A model generated the notes under the pieces. That model was not told the DNA's origin, did not search any database, and worked only from the letters and a program-made list of their open reading frames with translations. A stretch of DNA of 36,316 nt from Candidatus Hadarchaeota archaeon (lineage in GTDB: Archaea > Hadarchaeota > Hadarchaeia > Hadarchaeales > Hadarchaeaceae), in assembly GCA_040755315.1 (NCBI GenBank), contig JBFMBF010000012.1, positions 1-36,316 of the forward strand, read 5' to 3'. This document shows, in pieces, positions 16,749 to 26,700 of this stretch (positions are counted from its first letter, which is position 1; each line of letters starts with the position of its first letter). The translations under genes and the position numbers were made by a program.

Positions 16749-17525
16749 ATGAGTATGGTGCAAATGAGAAGCGGCTACATCGGCCAGATATTCAACTCAA
16801 TCCAAGGCGAGGGACCCCATGTCGGCCGGAGACAGGTGTTCGTTCGTTTTTCCGGATGCCCTTGGAACTGCCGATACTGCGACACGGAGAAATTCAGAAG
16901 CACCGCCAGAAAATGCGAGGTAGAAACAAAACCCGGCTTAATGGTGTTCAAAATCGTGGAAAATCCGATGACAGCGGCTCAGGTGCTTCAGCATGTCAAA
17001 CGTTTGACAACCCCAGACACTCACAGCATCTCGCTGACCGGCGGCGAACCTCTTCTTGCCGGAGATTTTTTGGTGGAGGTGGCGAAGGAGTGCAAGCGCC
17101 TAAAACTCAGAACTTACCTTGAAACGAACGGCATTGACTCAAAAGTCATGAAATCCGTCCTCCCGTACACTGACATCGCTGCTGTGGACGTGAAGCTCCC
17201 GGAGCACGAGGCTGTGCCGCGAGAAAGGTGGGGCAAATTGCTGGAAGAGGAACTCGCGTGCACGAAGCTGGCAAATGGGGCAGGAATTGACACTTTTGTG
17301 AAGATCGTTGTGCTTTCCTCCACGAGGGCTTCAACAATCACAAACGTCTGCAAAAAACTGTCACATATTGGAGTTCCGGTCGTCCTCCAGCCCGTCACAC
17401 CAGCAAGAAAAATCAGAACCGGCCCGAGCATGACACATGTGTATCGTCTAGCGGAAGCCGCCGCCCGGGCAGGGGTCGAGGTCGCGGTCATCCCCCAAGT
17501 CCACAAGCTCCTCGGGATCCAGTGA
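16749..17525 (+). CDS. queE: 7-carboxy-7-deazaguanine synthase (radical SAM)
   Basis: IFNSIQGEG, FVRFSGCPWNCRYCDT, TGGEP, LETNG, IPQVHK. Confidence 0.93.
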   Translation: MSMVQMRSGYIGQIFNSIQGEGPHVGRRQVFVRFSGCPWNCRYCDTEKFRSTARKCEVETKPGLMVFKIVENPMTAAQVLQHVKRLTTPDTHSISLTGGEPLLAGDFLVEVAKECKRLKLRTYLETNGIDSKVMKSVLPYTDIAAVDVKLPEHEAVPRERWGKLLEEELACTKLANGAGIDTFVKIVVLSSTRASTITNVCKKLSHIGVPVVLQPVTPARKIRTGPSMTHVYRLAEAAARAGVEVAVIPQVHKLLGIQ

Positions 17526-17576
17526 CCGGCTTTCCCTCAACTTTTTAACCGCGCGTGAAAAATGGGATACGGTGAA

Positions 17577-17900
17577 ATGGCCAAAAAACCTTCTGACAAA
17601 AAGATAGGAAAACTTGTGCTCGACGTGCTGAAGCCCCACGACCCGGGCCTGCCCGAGTTCACGACAAGGCTGAGTTCACTTGACGGGGTTGATGGCGTGA
17701 ATGTCATTCTGGTTGAAATCGACAGGAACACGGATACGCTTAGAGTGACCCTGGAGGGGCGCCTTGATTACCCATACATCCGCTCATCAATCGAGGAGTG
17801 GGGTGCCGTGGTGCAGAGTGTTGACGAAGTTTCAATCGGATCGGTGCTGCCGGAAATGATTCCGGGACCAAGACACGGACACAAAGGTGCAATCAAGTAA
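17577..17900 (+). CDS. DUF211-family protein
   Basis: LVLDVLKPHDP...GAVVQSVDEV; ATG follows GGTGA. Confidence 0.8.
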   Translation: MAKKPSDKKIGKLVLDVLKPHDPGLPEFTTRLSSLDGVDGVNVILVEIDRNTDTLRVTLEGRLDYPYIRSSIEEWGAVVQSVDEVSIGSVLPEMIPGPRHGHKGAIK

Positions 17901-17905
17901 ATCTA

Positions 17906-18697
17906 TCAGTAAAAGCAGTCCGACTGCTCGCACTTCCTGCAGTCAGTTTCAACCTTCACGTGCGGCTCGCCCTTCATGATCTTTACGAGATTTTTTGCTC
18001 TTGACAGCTGGGTGGCGGTCCCCTTCACAAGAAGGGTGACGCTGCCCTCCGCCCCGGACACTCCCCCCTTCCCCATCACCGCGGCATTTGCACCGGTAAG
18101 TGTTTTTACGGCCTCCAGCTCCGTGACGACCCTGCCGCTCACCGGCATCACCCCCACGGGGCAGCCGGTTGCATGGCTGAACTTTGATATCCCGGCGACC
18201 CTGGAAATATCCCTGACCGAGCCCGGAATGAACTTCTCCTGTCCAACTGGGATCACAAGAGTTATTCCTTTGGACTTGACGTGGCCCATCACTTTCCCTA
18301 TCGTCCCCCCGCTCCTTGAAGCCAGGAACACCCCCGCCGTGCCTTCGGCGTCGAGTGCATTTGCCCCTTTTATCACCACGTCGCCTTTTCCCATTTCCTC
18401 CAGCGCTTCGTCCATGGTAACGTCCGCGACCCGCCCCTTTCGGATTACTATCTCCCTCCGCCTCTTCTCCTTCGGAACCACGCATGTGCCCTTTGGAAGA
18501 ACCACGCCGGCCACGAACCTGCTCTTGTCAACTTTCCTTCCAAGAAGCTCCTCGGCCACGCACGCGTTGGTCGTGCCTACCCCCACCACAATTGTACCTG
18601 AACGCATGGCAGACCTTACCTCCGGCATGGCCGCGACGGCCTTTGCTATCAGCCGCTTTGACTCCGCGGGCGTCAACGTCATCTGAATCTGATTCAT
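17906..18697 (-). CDS. Conserved hypothetical protein (Gly-rich alpha/beta, C-terminal Cys cluster)
   Basis: LTPAESKRLIAKAV, GTTN, IKGANALD, GGTIG, PVGQEK, CRKCEQSDC. Confidence 0.75.
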   Translation of the reverse strand: MNQIQMTLTPAESKRLIAKAVAAMPEVRSAMRSGTIVVGVGTTNACVAEELLGRKVDKSRFVAGVVLPKGTCVVPKEKRRREIVIRKGRVADVTMDEALEEMGKGDVVIKGANALDAEGTAGVFLASRSGGTIGKVMGHVKSKGITLVIPVGQEKFIPGSVRDISRVAGISKFSHATGCPVGVMPVSGRVVTELEAVKTLTGANAAVMGKGGVSGAEGSVTLLVKGTATQLSRAKNLVKIMKGEPHVKVETDCRKCEQSDCFY

Positions 18698-18778
18698 CAG
18701 CTAGAATTTGCGCTCCGAATTTAACAACGTTTCGCTGGCTGAGGTTGGAGTGACAATCGTGGCCTCGGGAAAATAGGA

Positions 18779-19162
18779 TTACTTCTCCAAAAGTAGCGCA
18801 TCCACGGCGCCATGCTGCCCCGGCCTGCTGGTCACGCGGGCTCTTCCGACCTCAGTATTGATGATGGCTCCTTTTGTTATCACGTTCCTTCGGACGAAGT
18901 GCGGGTCAGCGCGGTTTTCCACCACGGTCAGAATTTTGGCTTTTGTCGTCTTCCCGGTCGCCGGGTCTGTGACGTTCGCGACATCTGCCGAGTAAAGCTT
19001 TACCTTCCTTTGCCCTCCAAAGACCTTCAGTCCCAATCGCTCGGTGGGTGCCATCTTCACCTCGACAAAATCACCCCCGATCTCCCTCTTTCTCTTGCTT
19101 CGCCTGGGCCATATCCGGCCGCCCGTGGACTTCTTCAGTGACCTTCCCTGCCATCTAGCCAT
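18779..19162 (-). CDS. rps8e: 30S ribosomal protein S8e
   Basis: WQGRSLKKSTGGR, RRNVITKGAII, VTSRPGQHG. Confidence 0.97.
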   Translation of the reverse strand: MARWQGRSLKKSTGGRIWPRRSKRKREIGGDFVEVKMAPTERLGLKVFGGQRKVKLYSADVANVTDPATGKTTKAKILTVVENRADPHFVRRNVITKGAIINTEVGRARVTSRPGQHGAVDALLLEK

Positions 19163-19194
19163 ACAGAAAAACGTGGAAAAGACAGCATAAAGCC

Positions 19195-19704
19195 CTAACG
19201 AACGAGCTCTTCCAGCCTTTCCCTCATCTTGTCCATGTCGCTGTCGAAGCCCAAGTGGCTCGCGAACTTTTTCGAGACCCTGAGGACGCGGGTCCTTTCA
19301 TACCTTTTCCACTCCACGAACCCCGCGTCGGAAAGCTGCCTGATGTGGTCGTATGTCCTGCTTCCCCTGAGCTCGGCAAGCCTGGCTTGGGTTATCGGCT
19401 GCTTGTAGGCGACCATCGCCAGAGTCTTGAGGGCCCCGCGAGATATTCTCATCTTTGGTATTACATCATCGAGCCTATCGAAGAGCTCCTCGGCCAGCTT
19501 CAGGGAGAATGTCCCCCTTTCTCCCTCCACCACCCGGAAGGCGCCTCCCCTTCCGCCGTGCTCCGACTTCAGCTCATCTATCAGCTTGCGGGTGTAAGTC
19601 TCGGAAGATGTCCCAAGGATTTTTTTGAGCTCCTCCATCGTCATGGGGTGGTCGGCCGCGTAAAGGGCGCCCTCCAGCACCCTCCTGTCTTCCTCTGTCC
19701 CCAC
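19195..19704 (-). CDS. scpB: SMC-Scp complex subunit ScpB
   Basis: LEGALYAA, ALKTLAMVAYKQPITQ, KKFASHLG. Confidence 0.93.
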   Translation of the reverse strand: MGTEEDRRVLEGALYAADHPMTMEELKKILGTSSETYTRKLIDELKSEHGGRGGAFRVVEGERGTFSLKLAEELFDRLDDVIPKMRISRGALKTLAMVAYKQPITQARLAELRGSRTYDHIRQLSDAGFVEWKRYERTRVLRVSKKFASHLGFDSDMDKMRERLEELVR

Positions 19705-19706
19705 CG

Positions 19707-20357
19707 TTACACTCCCTCAGGAAGGGAAATGAAGATTGGTCCGAATAGTTCCGGCTGCTCTAGCCTCAGCTTCCCCTCCGAACACAGTAAAATCACTATG
19801 AAGAAGGTCAACACCGTAGACTCCTTGCTTGGCTGATCGATGAGGTCCGACAGTGTTATCTTTCCTCTTAAGGCGGCCAGCTCCTTGATCCTGGAGAGCA
19901 ACTTCGGGCTTTCGCTCCGGAGTAGGAGGTCGAATGGGTTGGGGATGATGACCCTGCTCGCGACCTTGGGGCCGCAGGCCTCCTTTTTGACAGGGGTTTC
20001 GGCCAGCGCATCTCTCAGGGCCCCGAGGAGGTCGGCCAGCTCTATCTTGCGGTGCATCAGCTGGGGTACGGCGAGCGAGCCAAAGTCTGGGAGCTCTATG
20101 TCTGGGAGCTCTTCTTCCTCCTTCTCCGGCGCCTTCTTGCCGTTCCCGCCCACGGCGCAGTCGGACTTTATTCTCAAAATTGTGGAAGTTGAAAGGACGG
20201 CCCGGCCGGGGACCCTCAGGTCCAGCTCCCTCGCCTTCTCTATTTTTCTGAGGTAGACGGCCGCGAGCTTCTCTATGTCTACGTCCCAGGGGTCAAGCTT
20301 GTGCTTCTGCACAAGGTCAAGAAGGACGTGGATGGGCTGGTCGGTCACCGCGTTCAT
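19707..20357 (-). CDS. scpA: Kleisin ScpA
   Basis: LDPWDVDI, ILRIKS, LEQPELFGPI. Confidence 0.92.
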   Translation of the reverse strand: MNAVTDQPIHVLLDLVQKHKLDPWDVDIEKLAAVYLRKIEKARELDLRVPGRAVLSTSTILRIKSDCAVGGNGKKAPEKEEEELPDIELPDFGSLAVPQLMHRKIELADLLGALRDALAETPVKKEACGPKVASRVIIPNPFDLLLRSESPKLLSRIKELAALRGKITLSDLIDQPSKESTVLTFFIVILLCSEGKLRLEQPELFGPIFISLPEGV

Positions 20358-22652
20358 TCAACCACCAAAACCAGAAAGGTCCACAGAGTAAAGGCGGGAG
20401 ACGCCGTTGTCCTTGACCACTCCGAACACCCGGCTGGCCAGGGAAGGGATCGTGTTGTGGTGGGTGATCACGACTATCTGGGACTCCCTGGAGAACTTCT
20501 GGAGAATTTTTGCGACGCGTTCCCTGTTGTTGGGGTCAAGATTGTCGTCTATCTCGTCCATGATGTAGAATGTCGTCGGCCTGTATTTCTGGAGAGCCAG
20601 GATAAAAGCCAGGGCCGTCAGGGTCTTCTGCCCGCCCGAGAGGCTGCACAGACCCGGCGGGGAGCCCTTGAAACTCACCTCCATGGCCAGGCCGCCGTCG
20701 AACGGGGACTCCGGGTTCTCCAGCTTCAGCTCTCCCGTGCCTCCGCCGGAAAGCTCGGAAAATATCTGGTTGAATTGCCAGGAAATCTCGCCGAATGTCT
20801 TCATGAAGACCTCCTTCTTCTTTTTCTCCACCTCGGCCATGAAGTCCAGCAGCGACTGCTTCTCGGCCAGCAGCTTGTCGTGCTGCCTCTTCTTCTCGTT
20901 AAACCTTTCCTCCGTCTCCCTGAATGACCTAGCGGCCGTCTGGTTGACCGGTCCGAGCGCCCCCAGTTTGGCTTCCAGCTGTTTGGATTTTCCTTCCAGC
21001 TCTTCCAAACTCATCCTGAGGAATGGCGCCGGGTCGGCCACAGCCTTCTCCAACTCTGTTTTAACTCCTTCCAACTGCAAACCCGTGGTCGCAATGCTGG
21101 TGTTCCTTTCCCCACGCTTGGCGGTCAAGTCCTGAATCTTGTCTCGGATGTCGTCTGCGCGCTGCCTGAGGTCCCGCACGCTGGCGGAAAGATGGTCCCT
21201 CCTCTCCCGCAGGGCCCGAATGGAAACCCGCAGCTTTTTTTCTTCCGGCTCTATTTCTTTAAGCTGAGCATTGGCGTCTTCGATTTTATTCTCAAGGCCT
21301 TTCAGCTCTGCTTCGCAACTTTCCTTTGCGCCGGTGAGCCTCATTAGTTTGTTGTGAATCTCCCCGAGTCCTTTGTCGTCTCCCCGGCTGGCATCCGCCC
21401 CGCATTCCGACAGCCCCTTTATCACCATTCCGAGGTCCTCCAGAAGACGCCTGATCTGCTGGATGGCCGCCACCGCCTCCTCTTGAGTATTGGCTGACAC
21501 CAGCAAATCGTGCAGGGCAAGGAATTTTTCGTGCAGCCTGCTGAACTCTGAAGAGAACGAGAACTGGCTGCTGGCTTCAATCTTCGCCTCGGCAAGGCTT
21601 CGGCTGGTTTTTTCCATTCCCCTGACAAGGCCCGCGAGCCTGCCAGCGGCCGATTTCTGCAAGGTAGTGAAGGTGGAAAGCTGGGTCCTTATGGCCTCCG
21701 CCCTCTGAAGCAGCCCCTCTTCCTCTATTTTCCGTATGCTGCCGTCTAGCTCCTGCAGCTCCCTCTCACATGCCTTCGCCTTCTGGCCCAGACGCTTGCG
21801 CTTCTTTTCAAGGACTGTGATGCTCCTGCCCATCTTTGTCCATTCGGCCCTCAGCTTCGAGGCCTTCCTCGAGAAGTGGATGAACTTCTTTTTCAGGAGG
21901 GCGGCCCTTACCTGGTCAAGCTCGGCCGCAACCTGGTTGTGCTCCATGGCCGCTTGCATCTGCCCTCTCAACCCCTCCAGCTGGGTGGAGATCTCCTTCA
22001 TGCCGGCGTCTAGCTTGGAGATGTTCCCATCGACCCCCTGGAGCTGGCCAAAGGCATCCCGCTTTTTCTTCTCGTACTCCCCCACTCCAGCCAGCTCGTC
22101 CACAATCTCCCTGCGCTCGATTGGGTTCTTTTCGGCTATGCTGCCGACCGTGCCCTGAATAACGAAGTTGTGCTCCCCCGGGCTGCTCACGACCGGTGCC
22201 AGGAGGTCCACAACATCCTGACGGCTGACCGCCTTCCCGTTGATCTTGTAGTTGCACTTCCCGCTCCTGCTGATCCACCTGGAGATGCTGACTACCGGAG
22301 AGTGAATACTGATTGCCCCGTCCTCGTTGTTGAAATGCAGGACAACCTCCCCGAAGGGGGCTGGCTTTGTCCCCAACTTTTCGTCCCCCTTGAAGAGGAA
22401 GTCGGAAAAGCGCTCCACCCTCATGGTCGTGGCACTCAGGCCCCCCATGACGAAGTAAAGGGCGTCCATTATGTTGGATTTCCCGTGGCCGTTGGGACCG
22501 ACGATAGCTGTGAGCCCCTTAGAAAGCGGAATCGATACTTTGGCGTTACCAAATGACTTGAAGCCCTTCAGCTCGACCCTGGTTATGTGTGGCAATTTCT
22601 GACCCTCGGGTAACCACCCCTCGAGCCAGCCTCGGACCACATTCTCCGCCAC
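20358..22652 (-). CDS. smc: Condensin-type SMC, unusually short (764 aa), hinge not visible
   Basis: GFKSF, GPNGHGKSN, FVIQG, LGPVN, LSGGQK, IMDEIDDNLD, ITH; operon with scpA-scpB. Confidence 0.9.
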   Translation of the reverse strand: MAENVVRGWLEGWLPEGQKLPHITRVELKGFKSFGNAKVSIPLSKGLTAIVGPNGHGKSNIMDALYFVMGGLSATTMRVERFSDFLFKGDEKLGTKPAPFGEVVLHFNNEDGAISIHSPVVSISRWISRSGKCNYKINGKAVSRQDVVDLLAPVVSSPGEHNFVIQGTVGSIAEKNPIERREIVDELAGVGEYEKKKRDAFGQLQGVDGNISKLDAGMKEISTQLEGLRGQMQAAMEHNQVAAELDQVRAALLKKKFIHFSRKASKLRAEWTKMGRSITVLEKKRKRLGQKAKACERELQELDGSIRKIEEEGLLQRAEAIRTQLSTFTTLQKSAAGRLAGLVRGMEKTSRSLAEAKIEASSQFSFSSEFSRLHEKFLALHDLLVSANTQEEAVAAIQQIRRLLEDLGMVIKGLSECGADASRGDDKGLGEIHNKLMRLTGAKESCEAELKGLENKIEDANAQLKEIEPEEKKLRVSIRALRERRDHLSASVRDLRQRADDIRDKIQDLTAKRGERNTSIATTGLQLEGVKTELEKAVADPAPFLRMSLEELEGKSKQLEAKLGALGPVNQTAARSFRETEERFNEKKRQHDKLLAEKQSLLDFMAEVEKKKKEVFMKTFGEISWQFNQIFSELSGGGTGELKLENPESPFDGGLAMEVSFKGSPPGLCSLSGGQKTLTALAFILALQKYRPTTFYIMDEIDDNLDPNNRERVAKILQKFSRESQIVVITHHNTIPSLASRVFGVVKDNGVSRLYSVDLSGFGG

Positions 22653-22724
22653 TCTTTAAAACACTTTTTGTTGGGGTTACCACGCTTTATCAATGGCAAA
22701 GATTCCAAACAGCAATGATTAATC

Positions 22725-23141
22725 TTAACCAACCATTTTCTCCATTTTTTTCAGGAAGTCTTTGGCTGCCTCAAGCAGATAAGATGCGGTTTCCTGTGTG
22801 TAAGTGTACCTGTAGTCGGCGTCTTCTCTGGCCACGAGCGCTGCGGAAAAGTCTGAGATGAACTTGTTCTCCAGTTTCCCCCGGGCGTTCAGGTCCTCCA
22901 GCACCACTCTGACCGCAAAGTGTCTGCGCTCTTTTAGCCCGATAGAAAACAGCACCCCGCGGGCGGCGTGAAACATGGAGTAATAACTCTTGATTATCGA
23001 CCACTTGAAATCTCCATCATCCAACGCGTGGCGAGCCTTTTTTAGGTCATATTCTGCCTCTTCAAACTCTTTTTCAATAAGGTCTCGCTCCACTTTTACC
23101 CTTTGCAGGTAACCTTCCTGCAGACAGCTCGCGATGTCCAT
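22725..23141 (-). CDS. HEPN-domain protein
   Basis: YYSMFHAARGVL and REDADY; abuts an MNT gene. Confidence 0.88.
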   Translation of the reverse strand: MDIASCLQEGYLQRVKVERDLIEKEFEEAEYDLKKARHALDDGDFKWSIIKSYYSMFHAARGVLFSIGLKERRHFAVRVVLEDLNARGKLENKFISDFSAALVAREDADYRYTYTQETASYLLEAAKDFLKKMEKMVG

Positions 23142-23675
23142 TCACACCAACCTTATTTTGTCTTGCAAGACCCGCTCATAAAAAGCTGGGTCCTCCCTTG
23201 CCACCTTTGCCCATTCAAGTGGAGTGAAAAAACTGACCTTAATCCTTTTGTCTATCTTTCCGATTTCACTTATCACATCCCGTTCACGTCCAACTACGAG
23301 GATGTCCAAATCTGAGTCTTCGAACCCCTCGCCGCGTGCTGCTGAACCATAAAGATAAATCTCGCCACGACCCTCGTGTCTTTTTAGTTTCGGAAGCAGT
23401 TCACTCACCACGCTCAAGATTTTCAGCTGTTTCACCACCGGATTTTCGCGGTCCAGCTTGTAGCGCTTCGACCTGCCCCACCTCTCGGTTGAGATAAAAC
23501 CGAGCTGCTCCAAAACGCTCAACCACTTGCGGACGCTTGCCCTTGCCGCTGTGACTTCTTGCTGAATCTCACGCTCATAGAAATTTTTAGTTGGATTATT
23601 GAGAAAAAATTGAAGTACTGCCCAACAAATCTTGGTCGCAAACAAATGCTCGATTGCTTGACCCATGGGTGTCAA
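23142..23675 (-). CDS. wHTH plus minimal nucleotidyltransferase (MNT antitoxin)
   Basis: N-terminal wHTH; LYGSAARGE..DSDLDILV. Confidence 0.88.
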   Translation of the reverse strand: MTPMGQAIEHLFATKICWAVLQFFLNNPTKNFYEREIQQEVTAARASVRKWLSVLEQLGFISTERWGRSKRYKLDRENPVVKQLKILSVVSELLPKLKRHEGRGEIYLYGSAARGEGFEDSDLDILVVGRERDVISEIGKIDKRIKVSFFTPLEWAKVAREDPAFYERVLQDKIRLV

Positions 23676-23709
23676 TCAAATATACATTTGTCTAACTATT
23701 TATACTTTG

Positions 23710-23729
23710 TTGTCTAAAAAATTAGACAA
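23710..23729. promoter_or_regulatory. Inverted-repeat operator candidate of the MNT-HEPN operon
   Basis: TTGTCTAA-N4-TTAGACAA plus a half-site at 23688-23695, flanking a TATAAATA box on the minus strand. Confidence 0.6.
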
Positions 23730-23783
23730 AGAAAAAAATCTAAATACCGCCACTGCTTAACGCGGATGATCGCCAGCGGGGTT

Positions 23784-26700
23784 TCATTTCTTCGGCCTGA
23801 CGAAAGAGTAGATGACCGCCAGAGCCGCAACGACCAGGAATATGGCCGCTCCCGCCATCAGGACGATGTTCGTTGTTGTGGACGTCGGGGTCGTAGGCAT
23901 CGCCGCGGACGGCGAGTAGTTGACCGTCAGCGTTCGGCTGGTCGTGTTGCCCGCCTGGTCTGTGACCTCTATCGTGAATGTGTTCGCGCCTCCAATCAGG
24001 CTGGCTGCCAGGCTGAACACGCCGCCGGAGACATCGACCGTCGTCCCGTTTATCTTCACAGTTGAGCCCGCCGGCACCGTCCCGCTTATAGTGTAAGAGG
24101 CGCTGGTGGATGTGGCGGTCCATCCCGCGGCGGTCTCGGTGGCGCCCATGGCTGCGGACAGCGTGACCGTGGGCGTGGCCCTGTTCAGGTAAAGGGTGGC
24201 TGAACCCTTGTTGGTGGAGAGGACGTTGCCTACGGCGTCGACCAGCCAAATGTAAACGGTGTTCTGGCCGTCTGCCGGGGCGCTTATGGTCATTGACGTC
24301 AGGTTGGACCCTGACACTAGCGTGCCGTCCGTGGAGCCGGCCGGCGTGCCGAATTTGTAGTATGCGCCGCTTATGCCGGTGAGGTCAGAGGGGTTGGTCC
24401 AGCTGACCGTGAACGAGTTGGTGGCCGTCCAGCTTGCCGGTGAGACAGAGATGCTGGTCGGAACTCCCGGTGCGGTGGTGTCGATGTAAATCGCCCTGGT
24501 GTCTGCGGAGAAGTCGCTGTAGTGGGTCCCCTTCCAGACGCGGGCCTTCCAGTAGTACTTTCCGTCGGCCAGGGTGCCCATGTCGTGGGAGTTGTCACTG
24601 TCGTTCTCCATCACGGGCGAGGCGAAGCCCGAGTCGTCGTCCACCCAGAACTCGTAGCTGTCGCCGATGTACGTGTTTTCAAGGTCAAGGTTCGGGGTGG
24701 TGTCGGTAGTCTTTGTGTCTGCTGCAGGAGAGAACGGCCTCACGGGAGTGGAGTGCTCGTACTGCAATGTTATGTCGGTGAGAATGGGGGTGTCGTCGAG
24801 GATGGACTTGAACATCCAGCCATCGTTGTCGATTGCACCTCCGGGTCCATTGCCTGAGAAGGTGAAAATGTTCTCGGTCTTGGGGTCGTAGACCATCCCA
24901 TGCTCGCTCCTAACATACATTACGGCGTTTCCAGTGTAAGATAGGTTTTCCCAACTTCTTGTGGTCGTGTTGAACATCCAGGTATCGTTGTCGACTACTG
25001 CCCCTGCCGCTCCGGTGGCACCTCCAAACAGGAAAATGTTCTCTGTAATGGGGTCGTAGACCATGGCGTGCTGAGACCGGATGAGCAGAACATCATCTCC
25101 GGTAACTGACAAGAGTTCCCAGCGCCTGGTGGTCGTGTTCAACATCCATGTCCCGTTCTCGTTTGTTGCCCCATTATAACCGCCGACTAGGACTATGTTC
25201 TCGGTGACCGGGTCGTAGACCATCGCGTGGTCGTACTTTAGGCCCGGAAATGATGTATATGTACTAGTAACTATGTTCTCCCATCTCCTGGCGGTTGAGT
25301 TGAACATCCAGGTCTCGTTCTCGTATGTCGTGCCATTATAACCGCCGACTAGGACTATGTTCTCGGTCTTGGGGTCGTAGACCATCTTGGCGCCCTCCCG
25401 CGCGCCTATTCTATTTTCTGTGGGATTTGGCGGAAAACGGTCTTTTGCAGTAACAGCTATGTTCTCCCATCTCCTGGCGGTTGAGTTGAACATCCAGGTC
25501 TCGTTCTCTACCCCTGGAGAACCGCCTCCGAAAAGGATAATGTTCTCGGTCTTGGGGTCGTAAACCATTGCTGAACCACCTCTCGGGCGCAGGACGGCGC
25601 CGAGATATGTAGTAACGGTCAGGTTCTCCCAGGTTCTGGTTGATGGGTTGAACATCCAGGTCTCGTTTTCTCTCACCCCTGCACTATTAACGCCTCCAAA
25701 AAGTATTATGTTCTCCGTCTTCGGGTCGTAGACCATCGCGTACCTTCTCACCGGGCGAGGGGTTGGAGTGGCTGCGGTGAACGCCAAGTTTTCCCAAGTT
25801 TTCGATGGAATCGTCAGATATGTGAGATAGCTGAGTGTAGACCCCCTGCTGATAGCAGTAAGGATACTGCGTTCCACACCATTATCAACTGAATAATAAT
25901 ACGCGCCCGCGTTACTTGCGTAAATACTCAACCTCGCCGTCAGGGGCACGGAGCCGTTCCAAGTTACAGTGACATTCTCAATCAGGTTCGCCGTGTTGTC
26001 CAACTCCGCAGACACCAAGTACGATTGGGATGAGATTGCGGGGAAATAGAGCCCCGAGCGGTAGGTCCAGGTGTCGTTCACATAAACCGTTCCATCGTCG
26101 CCACCGAACAGGACGACTTTTTCTATCTTGGCCGCGTATACCATTGCGTGCATATACCTCCCCGTCGGGCCCGTCGCCGGAGTCACGTTCTCCCAGGTTC
26201 GGGCTGTGGGGCTGAACATCCAGGTATCGTTGAACATTGCCCCGTCCCATCCTCCAAAGATCACCACGTTCTCGGTCACTGGGTCGTACGCCATCGAGTG
26301 CAAATACCTCCCCGTCGGGCCCGTCGCCGGAGTCACGTTCTCCCAGGTTCGGGCTGTGGGGCTGAACATCCAGGTATCGTTGAAGATTTCCGTGCCACTG
26401 CGCCCACCAAAGACGATAATGTTGTCCGTCACGGGGTCGTAGACCATCGCGTGGGCGTACCTTGCTGTCGGGCTCGCCGCCGGCGTCACGTTCTGCCAAG
26501 TGCGAGCGGTGGGGCTGAACATCCAGGTTTCGTCGTTGACAGCTCCGGTGTATCCACCAAAGAGAATCACGTTCTCGGTCACGGGGTCGTAGACCATCGC
26601 GTGCTGCTCCCTCCTAGACGGGCCGGCAATGGAGGCCACGTTCTCCCAGGTGCGGGTGGATGGTTTGAACATCCAGATTTCGTTGTCGCGCCCCGAGTCG

